47,943 nucleotides of DNA from Candidatus Paceibacter sp. (GCA_020724945.1 DYFX01000001.1:1-47943), one strand, 5' to 3'; numbered from the stretch's first letter, positions 11,001 to 19,307 are shown. Translations and numbers: made by a program. The notes: generated by a model not told the origin, from the letters alone.

Positions 11001-11024
11001 AAAAGACGGCTTACGCCGTCTTTT
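11001..11024 (-). terminator. Intrinsic terminator of metG
   Basis: The minus strand reads AAGACGGC-GTAA-GCCGTCTT followed by TT. The metG TAA stop lies in the loop. Confidence 0.65.
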
Positions 11025-12513
11025 GTTCGAGCCGCGGGAACAGGATATCGCCCTTTTTGACCGGGGAGCCGGGTTCGAGCCCGCCCCAGCCCCGCGCCTC
11101 GGCGAGCGAAGCCGAAGCGGCGTCCACGCCGACCTGGTCCAGGATCTTGGCGGCCGCCGAGGGGATGACGGGCAGGAGGGCGAGGCCGATCTGCCGCTGG
11201 GCTTCGGCGAGCTGGTACATGAAGGGGGCGACATCTTCGCCGAGCTTGGCCTTCTTGAAAGGCGCTTCGATGTCGATGGCCTGGTTCACGGTCGTCACAT
11301 AGTGCTCGAGCGCGCGGATGGCCTCGTCGAAGTGGAAGGCGTCGAGCGCCTTCTCGTACCTCTCCCAGAAGGCGGCGGTCTCGAAACGGTCGTCCGTCTT
11401 GGCCGGAACCTTCGCTTCGCAGTACTTCTCGATCATCGTGGCGGTGCGGGCGGCGAGGTTGCCGATGCCGTTCACGAGCTTCGAGGTATAGATGTCCTCG
11501 AACTGCTTGGCGGTGTAGTCGCCGTCCTCGTAGGCCGGAAGGCTCGCGAGGTAGTAGCGGACGGTGTCGGTACCGTACCGCGCGACGAGGTCCATCGGGT
11601 TCACGACATTGCCGAGCGACTTCGACATCTTCTGCCCGTCGGCGGTGATGAAGCCGTGGATGAAGATGCGCTCCGAGAGCGGCACGCCGGCCGAGAGCAG
11701 CATCCCCTGCCACATCGCGGACTGCTGGCGCAGGTTGTCCTTGCCGGCGACCTGGGTGCCGGGCCAGGACTTCGCGTAGGCCTGGTCGGGCCAGCCGATC
11801 GTGGAGATATAGTTCACGAGCGCGTCGAACCAGACATACATCACATGCGCCTCGTCGCCCGGGACGGGCACGCCCCACGACATCTTTTCCTTGAGGCGCG
11901 AGATGCTGAAGTCCTGGAGGCCGCCCGCCACGAAACTGCGGATCTCGTTCAGGCGGTGTTCAGGCACGACGAAACCGGGGTTCGCCTCGTAGTGCTTCAG
12001 GAGCGCGTCCTGGTATTTCGACCAGCGGAAGAAATAATTTTCCTCGTCGCGGTTCTCGATCTCGAGCTTCGGATGGATAGGGCACCTGCCGTCGACGAGC
12101 TCCGAATCGGTCTTCTCGAGCTCGCAGCCGACGCAGTACTTCACCTGGTACTGCTTCTTATAGATGTCGCCCGCGGCCTCGCAGCGCTTCCAGAATTCCT
12201 GCGCGGCGGCGACATGGTGCGCGTCGGTCGTGCGGATGAAATTGGTGTAGGTGAGATCGAGCGTGTCCTTCAGCGCATGGAACTTGGCGGCGTACTGGTC
12301 GCAGTAGGCCTGCGGATCCATGCCCGCTTTCGCGGCGGCGTCCTGGATCTTCTGCCCGTGCTCGTCGGTGCCGGTGTTGAAGACGACCTCCTCGCCCTTC
12401 AAGCGATGCCAGCGCGCGACGATGTCGGCCTGGACGATTTCCAACGCGAAGCCGATATGCGGATCGGCGTTCACATACGGGAGCGTGGTGGTGATGTAGA
12501 AATTCTTCTTCAT
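11011..12513 (-). CDS. metG: Methionine--tRNA ligase (500 aa, no C-terminal tRNA-binding appendix)
   Basis: HIGH-type motif PHIGF, KMSKS motif present, and a CxxC...CP.H knuckle. The start is ATG 12513 (MKKNFYITT), 1 nt after the rsmI stop. Confidence 0.95.
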   Translation of the reverse strand: MKKNFYITTTLPYVNADPHIGFALEIVQADIVARWHRLKGEEVVFNTGTDEHGQKIQDAAAKAGMDPQAYCDQYAAKFHALKDTLDLTYTNFIRTTDAHHVAAAQEFWKRCEAAGDIYKKQYQVKYCVGCELEKTDSELVDGRCPIHPKLEIENRDEENYFFRWSKYQDALLKHYEANPGFVVPEHRLNEIRSFVAGGLQDFSISRLKEKMSWGVPVPGDEAHVMYVWFDALVNYISTIGWPDQAYAKSWPGTQVAGKDNLRQQSAMWQGMLLSAGVPLSERIFIHGFITADGQKMSKSLGNVVNPMDLVARYGTDTVRYYLASLPAYEDGDYTAKQFEDIYTSKLVNGIGNLAARTATMIEKYCEAKVPAKTDDRFETAAFWERYEKALDAFHFDEAIRALEHYVTTVNQAIDIEAPFKKAKLGEDVAPFMYQLAEAQRQIGLALLPVIPSAAAKILDQVGVDAASASLAEARGWGGLEPGSPVKKGDILFPRLEQKTA

Positions 12514-12514
12514 A

Positions 12515-13192
12515 TCATTTCCCCTCGACGGCGATGACATACTCGCCCTTGATGGGTTCGGAGTTCAGGAGTTCGAGCGCGTCTTTCATCTCGCCGTAGC
12601 GGACGGATTCGAACATCTTGGTGAGTTCGCGGCCGATGACGATCTTGCGGTGCGGGGCGCAGAGCGCGGAGAGCTCCGCCATCGCCTTCTCGACGCGGTG
12701 CGGGCTCTCGAAGAAGACGGAGGTGCGCTTCTCGTCGGCGATGATCTTCCAGTAGGTGTTCCTCCCCTTCTTGTGCGGCGGGAAGCCATGGAAGACATAG
12801 GCGTCGGCCGGGAAGCCGGAGACGGAGAGGAGCGTCGTGACGGCGGAGGGTCCGGGGATCGGCACGATCTTCACCTGGCCCTGCGAGACGCGCACGAGCT
12901 CGGCCACGAAGCGCGCGCCCGGGTCCGAGACGCCCGGCGTGCCCGCGTCGGAGATGAGCGCCATCGTCTCCCCCTGGTCGATGCGCTTCACGAGCGCCTG
13001 CAGCTTCCCCATCGAGGTGTGCTCGTGATAGCTCGTCGTCGCGGCGGGGACCTCGAAGTGGTTCAGGAGCTTCCGCGAGACGCGCGTGTCCTCGCAGAGC
13101 ACCAACGACGATTCCAAGAGCGCGGCGACCGCGCGGGGCGAGAAGTCGTCCAGATTGCCGATGGGCGTCGCGATGACATAGAGGCGGCTCAT
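12515..13192 (-). CDS. rsmI: 16S rRNA (cytidine1402-2'-O)-methyltransferase
   Basis: 225 aa with LYVIATPIGNLDDFSPRA and LCEDTR motifs. Confidence 0.9.
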   Translation of the reverse strand: MSRLYVIATPIGNLDDFSPRAVAALLESSLVLCEDTRVSRKLLNHFEVPAATTSYHEHTSMGKLQALVKRIDQGETMALISDAGTPGVSDPGARFVAELVRVSQGQVKIVPIPGPSAVTTLLSVSGFPADAYVFHGFPPHKKGRNTYWKIIADEKRTSVFFESPHRVEKAMAELSALCAPHRKIVIGRELTKMFESVRYGEMKDALELLNSEPIKGEYVIAVEGK

Positions 13193-13210
13193 ACGCTCGA
13201 AGGGTAGATG

Positions 13211-13240
13211 AAAAAACCCCGAACGACAAGGGTTCAGGGG
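13211..13240 (-). terminator. Intrinsic terminator after add
   Basis: The minus strand reads CCCC(T)GAAC-CCTTGTC-GTTCGGGG followed by TTTTTT, overlapping the add stop codon. Confidence 0.5.
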
Positions 13241-14229
13241 TTCGCATCATGGGCGGCGCTCGCCAGCAGGCGGAGCCGGGCGCTGATGTCGAGGAAGGCC
13301 ATCTCGATGCCGTTCTCGACGAGGCGGCGCATGTCGGCCTCCTCCAGCTTCCAGTGCTTCCGCGCCAGCGCGTGCTCCTTGGCCATGGTGGTGCCGGCCA
13401 GGGTGCGGTTGTCGGTCGAGAGCGCGACCTTGATGCCTTCCTTGAGGAGCGTCCAGGCCGGGTGCGTGCCGTAGAGGCCGACCGCGCGGGTCTGGATGTT
13501 GGAGGTGAGGCAGGCTTCGATGCCGACGCCGTGCGCGATGAGCAGGTCCATCGTGCGGCGGTCCTTCACGGCGTTCACGCCGTGGCCGATGCGCTCGGCG
13601 CCGAAGAGCCCGATCGCCTCGCGGACGCGTTCCGGCGGGCCGCACTCGGCGGCGTGGATCGTGACATGCAGTCCGGCTTCCCGCGCGCGCCAGAAGTGGT
13701 GGGCGTGCTCGAGCGCCGGGATGGCGTCGTCGCCGGCCAGATCCACCGCCACGACGCCCTGGCGGCGGTAGCGGATGGCGAGGTCGACCATGCGGCCGGT
13801 GACCGACGGGTCCATGTGGCGCAGGCTGCAGACGATGAGGCCCCAGCCGACGGACGCGGAGAGTCCGCCGAGCGTCAGGCCGTCGATGACGGCTTCCATG
13901 ACCTCCTCCCCGCGTAGGCCGCCCTGCAGATGGAGCTCGGGCATGAAGCGGACCTCGATGTACCGCAGGCCCTCGGCGGCGCAGTCCTCGACGAGCTCGC
14001 GGGCGATGCGCGTGAGGGCGGAGCGCGACTGCATCACGGCGGTCGTGTGCGCGAAGTGTTCCAGGTACTGCGGCAGGCTCGCGCGGACCGTGCCGCAGGC
14101 GAGCGCGCGCCCGAGCCCGGCCTCGTCGGAGGCGGGCAGGCGGATGCCTTCCGCCGCGGCGATCTCGAGCATCGTCGGGATGCGCAGCGAGCCGTCCAGA
14201 TGGAGATGAAGTTCGACGATCGGTTTCAA
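13234..14229 (-). CDS. add: Adenosine deaminase
   Basis: It shows HLHLDGS, HAAE and STDN motifs. The proposed TTG start at 14229 is preceded by GGGAGG 6 nt upstream. The 123 upstream codons of the ORF-track entry are Arg-rich shadow. Confidence 0.85.
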   Translation of the reverse strand: MKPIVELHLHLDGSLRIPTMLEIAAAEGIRLPASDEAGLGRALACGTVRASLPQYLEHFAHTTAVMQSRSALTRIARELVEDCAAEGLRYIEVRFMPELHLQGGLRGEEVMEAVIDGLTLGGLSASVGWGLIVCSLRHMDPSVTGRMVDLAIRYRRQGVVAVDLAGDDAIPALEHAHHFWRAREAGLHVTIHAAECGPPERVREAIGLFGAERIGHGVNAVKDRRTMDLLIAHGVGIEACLTSNIQTRAVGLYGTHPAWTLLKEGIKVALSTDNRTLAGTTMAKEHALARKHWKLEEADMRRLVENGIEMAFLDISARLRLLASAAHDANP

Positions 14230-14285
14230 AAAGCCTCCCTTGGCAATGAGCGTTGCGGGGAGGCTATCAGTTCCGCGGCGACGGT

Positions 14286-14741
14286 TCAAGTCCTCGCGAC
14301 GAGGCGTACCGGCTGTCCGTCGATCTCGAGTGCGATCGTGCCGTGCGCACGCACGACCTCGAGGAAGGTCTCGCAGATCCTTTCCATGATCGGCGCGGCA
14401 TGCTCGCCGAAGCCGGTGCTGCGGCGCAGCGGGTCCGGATCGACGGCGACGCACGCTTCGGCGACGGACGCTTCGTCGGCGACGAAGGTGCCGGCCGGCG
14501 CCTTGTCGAGGATCGCCCAGAGCAAGTGGACCGTCGCGTCGTGCAGGGGCGGCCCCCAGAGCGCCCTGGCCAGCGGCTTCTCGAGCTCCGGGTCGCACGA
14601 GGCGCGCGGCCGGCCCTCGAGCTCTGGCCGCTTCCCGGCGGCGACTTCCGCCTCCACTTCCGCCATGACGGCGTCACGGATGTCCTTGATCTTGGGGAGG
14701 GTACCTTCGATGACGGCGTCGACGAGTTCACGGTCGTGCAT
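14286..14741 (-). CDS. Hypothetical protein (151 aa)
   Basis: This is the only one of four overlapping ORFs here with ordinary amino-acid composition. It is co-oriented between thiI and add, with an AGGAG upstream. I recognise no family. Confidence 0.5.
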   Translation of the reverse strand: MHDRELVDAVIEGTLPKIKDIRDAVMAEVEAEVAAGKRPELEGRPRASCDPELEKPLARALWGPPLHDATVHLLWAILDKAPAGTFVADEASVAEACVAVDPDPLRRSTGFGEHAAPIMERICETFLEVVRAHGTIALEIDGQPVRLVART

Positions 14742-14789
14742 CTGCCTCTGCTCCTGGTGATCGCGCTTCGGTCGCGCGATACGGGCGTC

Positions 14790-15950
14790 CTACCACGCGA
14801 CGGCGTCCATGTCAATCCGTTCTTCCTCCTTCATCGCGGCCTCGATCCACTTCCGCGCATCGAGCTTCTTCTCGTCCTCGTCGACGGCCTCCTCGAAGGC
14901 GCGGGTGGACGGGTTTTCCGGCATGAAGAGCGAGCAGCAGTCGGCGTGCGGGCGCGTGGAGATCCCGAAGGTGCCGATCGCGCGCGCGCGATCGGTGATC
15001 TCGTCCTTGTCCATGCCGATCAGCGGACGGAAGACGGGGAGCTTCGTGACCGCCTCGACCGTGCGCATGTTCTGCACCGTCTGCGAGGCGACCTGCCCGA
15101 GCGATTCGCCCGTCACGAGCCCGCCGGCCTTCTCGCGGTGCGCGATCAGCTCCGCGATGCGGAACATGAAGCGGCGGTAGTGGATGACGCGGAACTGCGG
15201 GTTGCAGACGGCGGCGATCTCCTCCTGCACCGGCGTCAGGTTCACGAGCGAGAGCGTCGCCTTGACGCCCGTGCGGTTCAGCACGGCGATCATGTCCTTC
15301 ACGATGTCGATGGAGGCGCGGTCGGTGTACGGGAAGTTGTGGAAGTGGACATAGTGCAGGGGCGCGCCGCGGCGGAGCATCATCCAGGAGGCCACCGGCG
15401 AGTCGATGCCGCCCGACAGGAGCGATACGAGCTTGCCGCTGGAGCCGAGCGGAAGCCCGCCGATGCCTTTCAGCTTCTCGTGCGCGACATACGCGCCGTC
15501 GTCGGTCACCTCGATCCAGCAGGTGTGATCGGCGCCCTTCATCTTCACCGTCAGTTCCGGATTCGATTTCAAGATGGCTTCGCCGACGCGTCCGGCGAGC
15601 TCCTGCGAGGTCATCGGGAAGCGCTTGTCGGGACGGCGCGCCGTCACGCGGAAGGTCCCCTTCTGATGCTTGAAACGCGCAACGGCCTCGGCGACGATGG
15701 CATCGGCTTCGGGCGCGACGCGGGCGCACGGCAGGATGTTGGCCACGCCGGCGACATTCAGGAGGCGGCGCGTGATTTCCGGCGCGGCGGCGTCATCGGC
15801 TTCGAGGCGGATGAGTCCCGTGCGGCGGCGCAGGCCCTTCACGCCGAGCCCCTTCAGCTGTTCGCGGATGTTCGAAACCAGCCGCGTCTCGAAGAGCGTG
15901 CGGTTCCTTCCTTTGATGCCGAGTTCCGCGTAGTGGACGACGAAGATCAT
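14790..15950 (-). CDS. thiI: tRNA 4-thiouridine synthase ThiI (no rhodanese domain)
   Basis: THUMP-type N-terminus and the PP-loop SGGIDSPVA. I chose ATG 15950 because the upstream extension runs into repeat A2. Confidence 0.9.
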   Translation of the reverse strand: MIFVVHYAELGIKGRNRTLFETRLVSNIREQLKGLGVKGLRRRTGLIRLEADDAAAPEITRRLLNVAGVANILPCARVAPEADAIVAEAVARFKHQKGTFRVTARRPDKRFPMTSQELAGRVGEAILKSNPELTVKMKGADHTCWIEVTDDGAYVAHEKLKGIGGLPLGSSGKLVSLLSGGIDSPVASWMMLRRGAPLHYVHFHNFPYTDRASIDIVKDMIAVLNRTGVKATLSLVNLTPVQEEIAAVCNPQFRVIHYRRFMFRIAELIAHREKAGGLVTGESLGQVASQTVQNMRTVEAVTKLPVFRPLIGMDKDEITDRARAIGTFGISTRPHADCCSLFMPENPSTRAFEEAVDEDEKKLDARKWIEAAMKEEERIDMDAVAW

Positions 15951-15963
15951 TCGTATTTCTTTT

Positions 15964-16052
15964 GTCATCCCGAGCCCGCGCATTTCGCGCGGGCGTTAGG
16001 GATCCCTTTGAAAAGCGATTCCTATCGCTCGCCTTCGCGAGCTCGGAATGAC
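15964..16052 (+). repeat. Family A structured intergenic repeat, copy 2
   Basis: GTCATCCCGAGC-CCGCGCATTTCGCGCGG-GCGTTAGGGATCCCTTTGAAAAGCGATTCCTATCGC-TCGCCTTCGCGA-GCTCGGAATGAC. It fills the cca|thiI spacer. Confidence 0.85.
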
Positions 16053-16054
16053 AT

Positions 16055-17224
16055 TTAGGGCTGGTAGCGCTTCTTCAAGTAACCCTCCGCCTCTTCGGGA
16101 CTGCCGACCTTACCCTTCGCCTGCGCATCCATCAAGAGGTCGAGCGCTTCGCCCACCGCAAGGCCCGGTTCCAGCTTCAACAGCTTCATGACGGTTTCGC
16201 CCGAAAGCAGGGGCTCCGCGCCCAGTTCCTTATAGAGGGCGACATCCGCGCCGGAGGCCAGGCGGCGGAGCAAGGTGGCGTCGACGCCGTGGCCGGTGGA
16301 CGCCAGGCGCAGGCGTTCCGCGAAAGCGACCGCATGATCGCGGCCGAGATGCGCGAAACACAGGCCGAGGCGGACGCGCAGGGGCGCCGGACGGCCGGAG
16401 AGCGCGCGGAGCGCGTCTTCTTCCTCCAAGCGCTTCGATGCCTTCCGCACATGCAGGGCCCAGCTCGTGCCGAGCGCCGGCAGGAGCGCTTCCACCGCGC
16501 CTGCGTCGGTCCAGAGTTCCGCCGCGCGGACGGGATCGGCCTTGAGGCTCTTCAGCAGTTCGCGCGAGACGAGCTCGTACGGCACGAGCCGCGCGCCGTG
16601 GCGCTCCTCGTTCACATGCGCCATCGCGGCGCGCAGGGCGTCCCAGGTCTTCGCGTCGATGCCGAAGTCGAGCTGGACGGCGAAGCGCAGGGCGCGGAGC
16701 ATGCGCGTGTAGTCTTCTTGGAAGCGCGTGGCCGGATCGCCCACGGCGCGGACGATCTTTTTCGCGAGGTCGTCCTGCCCGCCGTGCGGATCGATCAGGG
16801 TTCCGTTCGCGGCTTCCCACGCCATCGCGTTGATCGTGAAGTCGCGCCGCGCCAAGTCCTCCTCGATCGGCATGTGCGGATCCGCGTGCGTCGCGACATC
16901 GCGATAGCCTCCGGTATTCGCCGGCTTCTCGCGGCGAGGAAGCGCGATATCGAGATGGAGACCGTCCTCCTTGGAAGTGAACTTGAAGACGCCGAAGGTA
17001 CGGCCGACGAAATCGACGGAGCCGCGCGCTTCGAGGAACTTCGCCAGCGCCACCGGCTCGACGCCGGCCACGAGGACATCGATGTCCCCCACCGCGCGGC
17101 CGAGCAGCGCGTCGCGCACCGCGCCGCCGACGACATGCCAGCGCGAACCGGGAAGCCCGTCGCTCCAGCGCTTCAGGATGTCGGCGATGGGGTGTCCCGC
17201 GAACATATGCGGCCACGATAGCAC
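16055..17224 (-). CDS. cca: CCA-adding enzyme / tRNA nucleotidyltransferase family
   Basis: GGAVRD, DIDV and RRDFTINAMA motifs. The start is GTG 17224 or ATG 17206. Confidence 0.85.
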   Translation of the reverse strand: MLSWPHMFAGHPIADILKRWSDGLPGSRWHVVGGAVRDALLGRAVGDIDVLVAGVEPVALAKFLEARGSVDFVGRTFGVFKFTSKEDGLHLDIALPRREKPANTGGYRDVATHADPHMPIEEDLARRDFTINAMAWEAANGTLIDPHGGQDDLAKKIVRAVGDPATRFQEDYTRMLRALRFAVQLDFGIDAKTWDALRAAMAHVNEERHGARLVPYELVSRELLKSLKADPVRAAELWTDAGAVEALLPALGTSWALHVRKASKRLEEEDALRALSGRPAPLRVRLGLCFAHLGRDHAVAFAERLRLASTGHGVDATLLRRLASGADVALYKELGAEPLLSGETVMKLLKLEPGLAVGEALDLLMDAQAKGKVGSPEEAEGYLKKRYQP

Positions 17225-17291
17225 CGCTTCGGAAAAGAAAAAACTCCGCCATGCTTTTTACGGAGCCCTTTCCTCCTTAGGTTGTCCGTCC

Positions 17292-17504
17292 CTACATCGC
17301 GGTCGCGTCGGCGACGGCGAGTTCGGTGGCGCCGCAGAGTCCGCATTCGATGCCGAGGTCCTCCTTGCGGATCTCCCCGCACGATTCGCAGAACAGCGCG
17401 CCGTCCATCTCGTCGATCGAAGCGGAACTGCAGCGCTCGCATCGGTATGCGATGTCGCGGTTGTTGAGTTCCCCGCAGTACGCGCAGGCGTACGACATGG
17501 CCAT
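17292..17504 (-). CDS. Small four-CxxC zinc-ribbon protein (70 aa)
   Basis: CAYC, CERC, CESC and CGLC motifs, high GC3 and ordinary composition. It is divergent from lexA. Confidence 0.55.
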   Translation of the reverse strand: MAMSYACAYCGELNNRDIAYRCERCSSASIDEMDGALFCESCGEIRKEDLGIECGLCGATELAVADATAM

Positions 17505-17602
17505 ACGAAAGATCGCTCAAGATTTTTTAACCGACGGGAAGCATAACATCAGGTGCGCGGTGAAACAAGCAAAAAAGATATCCACATTCGCACCCTTGCG
17601 CT

Positions 17603-17643
17603 GTTCGCCTTTCGTTCATCTATACTATGAACGAAAGGCGAAC
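17603..17643. promoter_or_regulatory. 41-bp perfect palindrome, candidate LexA operator overlapping a TATACT -10 box
   Basis: GTTCGCCTTTCGTTCAT-CTATACT-ATGAACGAAAGGCGAAC has 17-nt perfect arms. Each arm is a GTTC-N7-GTTC unit. It ends 31 nt upstream of the lexA ATG. Confidence 0.55.
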
Positions 17644-17673
17644 ACTTATTCACACCTCATTCATCCTATTTCT

Positions 17674-18276
17674 ATGTTCGAACTCACCTCGAAACAGAAG
17701 GAACTCCTGGACGCCATCCAGGAACATGTCGGCGAACGGGGCGTGATGCCCAGTTACCGCGAACTGGCGACCGCCATGGGCGCGTCCAGTCCGGCCACGA
17801 TCCATAAGCATGTGTCCCTGCTCGAAAAGAAGGGCTATGTCCTCCGCCACGACGGCGGCCGCTCGCTCTCCCTCACCCCGAAGGCCACCACGCGCCGCCC
17901 GGCCATCGGCCTCCCGCTCCGCGGCCTCATCACCGCCGGCCTCCCCATCGAAGCCATCGAGACGAACGACACCATCGATGTCCCGGCCGACATGGTGGTG
18001 GACGAGATCAACTCCTATGTCCTCAAGGTGAAGGGCGAATCGATGATCGACGACGGCATTTTGGACGGCGACTTCGTCATCGTCGAGCGCAACCCCTCGC
18101 CCAGGAACGGCGACATCGTCGTCGCCCTCCTCGAGAACACCTACGCCACCCTCAAGCGCTTCTACCGCGAGACCAACCGCATCCGCCTCCAGCCCGCCAA
18201 CTCCACCATGCAGCCCTTCTATGTCCACGACCCGCTCATCCAAGGCGTCGTGCGGGCGGTGTTGCGGAAGTACTAG
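17674..18276 (+). CDS. lexA: LexA repressor
   Basis: 200 aa with a winged-helix N-terminus (MPSYRELATAMGASSPATIHKHVSLLEKKGY) and an S24 peptidase domain. The Ser is in KGESM and the Lys in ATLKRF. Confidence 0.92.
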   Translation: MFELTSKQKELLDAIQEHVGERGVMPSYRELATAMGASSPATIHKHVSLLEKKGYVLRHDGGRSLSLTPKATTRRPAIGLPLRGLITAGLPIEAIETNDTIDVPADMVVDEINSYVLKVKGESMIDDGILDGDFVIVERNPSPRNGDIVVALLENTYATLKRFYRETNRIRLQPANSTMQPFYVHDPLIQGVVRAVLRKY

Positions 18277-18283
18277 CCCCCAT

Positions 18284-18411
18284 ATCATCCCGAGCCGCGC
18301 ACACCAGCGCGGCGATAGGGACCCCTTTACGGAGGCCGGCCGCCAGACCGAACGACGCTACGGTGTTTAAAAGCGATTCCTATCGCCCCGCACCGCGGGG
18401 CTCGGAATGAC
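18284..18411 (+). repeat. Family A structured intergenic repeat, copy 3 (with ~40-nt internal insertion)
   Basis: ATCATCCCGAGC-CGCGCACACCAGCGCG-GCGATAGGGACCCCTTT-[insert]-AAAAGCGATTCCTATCGC-CCCGCACCGCGGG-GCTCGGAATGAC. Confidence 0.8.
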
Positions 18412-18595
18412 ATATAACCTACATCCTTATGTCCAGGAGGAAGTTCAAATCGATGTATCGCCAGCTGGTCGGGCATGTCGTGGATTGGTTCGAAATCGCG
18501 GAATATGAAGATCGCGTCGATTCCCTCGCGTCGTAGACGCTCTCGGGACGGGTTTGCTATGCTTGAACCTGTCCTTAATGTACGAACCGTCTTCT

Positions 18596-19192
18596 ATGTC
18601 GGAATTGCAAGTCAAACCCCTCAAGTACAAGGAATTGCCGGGGCTGTCTGAAAAACAGCTTTCGGAGCACCACGATGTCCTCTACGCCGGGTATGTCAAG
18701 AAAACGAACGAGATCCGCGGCAAGCTGGAGAGCGTCTCGCTCGAAGGCGTGAACGCCACGCACAGCGATCTCCGCGAGCTCAAGCTCGAAGAGACCTTCG
18801 CCTTGAACGGCGTGAAGCTCCATGAACGCTACTTCGACAACCTCGGCGGCAAGGGCGGCGCGCCGGAAGGCGCGATCGCCGACTGGATCATGGAAGACTT
18901 CGGCTCCTACGAGAAGTGGCAGGCCGAGTTCTCCGCCTGCGGCATGGCCGCGCGCGGCTGGGTCGTGCTGGCCTTCGACCTCGAAGAGAAGCGCCTCATG
19001 AATGTCGTCTGCGATGTCCATAACCAAGGCGGCGTCTGGGGCCAGGTCCCGCTCCTCGTCCTCGATGTCTACGAGCACGCCTACTTCCTCGACTACGCCA
19101 CCGCCCGCAAGAAGTACCTGGAGACCTTCACCCAGAATGTCGACTGGTCCGCCGTGAACGCCCAGATCGAGAAGTTTGACCTCAAACGCTAG
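18596..19192 (+). CDS. sodA: Fe/Mn-family superoxide dismutase
   Basis: It carries the metal-ligand motif DVYEHAYFLDY, LNGVKLHERYF and an N-terminal EHHDVLY. The start is ATG 18596 (MSELQVKPL). Confidence 0.8.
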   Translation: MSELQVKPLKYKELPGLSEKQLSEHHDVLYAGYVKKTNEIRGKLESVSLEGVNATHSDLRELKLEETFALNGVKLHERYFDNLGGKGGAPEGAIADWIMEDFGSYEKWQAEFSACGMAARGWVVLAFDLEEKRLMNVVCDVHNQGGVWGQVPLLVLDVYEHAYFLDYATARKKYLETFTQNVDWSAVNAQIEKFDLKR

Positions 19193-19204
19193 CGTCGATA
19201 CGAT

Positions 19205-19232
19205 AAAGCCTCGCCCTCACCGGCGAGGCTTT
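19205..19232 (+). terminator. Hairpin terminator after sod
   Basis: AAAGCCTCGCC-CTCACC-GGCGAGGCTTT gives an 11-bp stem, but the T run is short. Confidence 0.45.
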
Positions 19233-19244
19233 CGCATCTCGGAC

Positions 19245-19307
19245 CGGCAGGGCAAGCCCTGCGGCTACGGGAATGCGTACGGTAGCCGCAGGGCTTGCCC
19301 TGCCCCG
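19245..19307. repeat. Family B palindromic repeat, copy 2 (arms permuted)
   Basis: CGGCAGGGCAAGCCCTGCGGCTAC - 13 nt - GTAGCCGCAGGGCTTGCCCTGCCCCG. Confidence 0.85.

Noticed and set aside
9111-11234. 707-aa version of the P/E/A-rich ORF reaching into metG.
   Set aside because: The first 141 codons overlap the metG coding sequence and the 55-aa ORF and are Arg/Ser/Pro-rich. ATG 10811 follows the upstream stop by 5 nt and is the sensible start.
13234-14598. 454-aa version of the adenosine deaminase ORF.
   Set aside because: The first 123 codons are Arg-rich shadow overlapping the 151-aa hypothetical gene. TTG 14229, with GGGAGG 6 nt upstream, gives the canonical HLHLDGS-proximal N-terminus.
18429-18536. 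35-codon ORF (MSRRKFKSMYRQLVGHVVDWFEIAEYEDRVDSLAS) in the AT-richer spacer upstream of sod.
   Set aside because: It has no convincing SD at proper spacing, no promoter-like box and no recognisable motif. It could simply be chance in a 184-nt spacer, and it is not supportable without conservation data.
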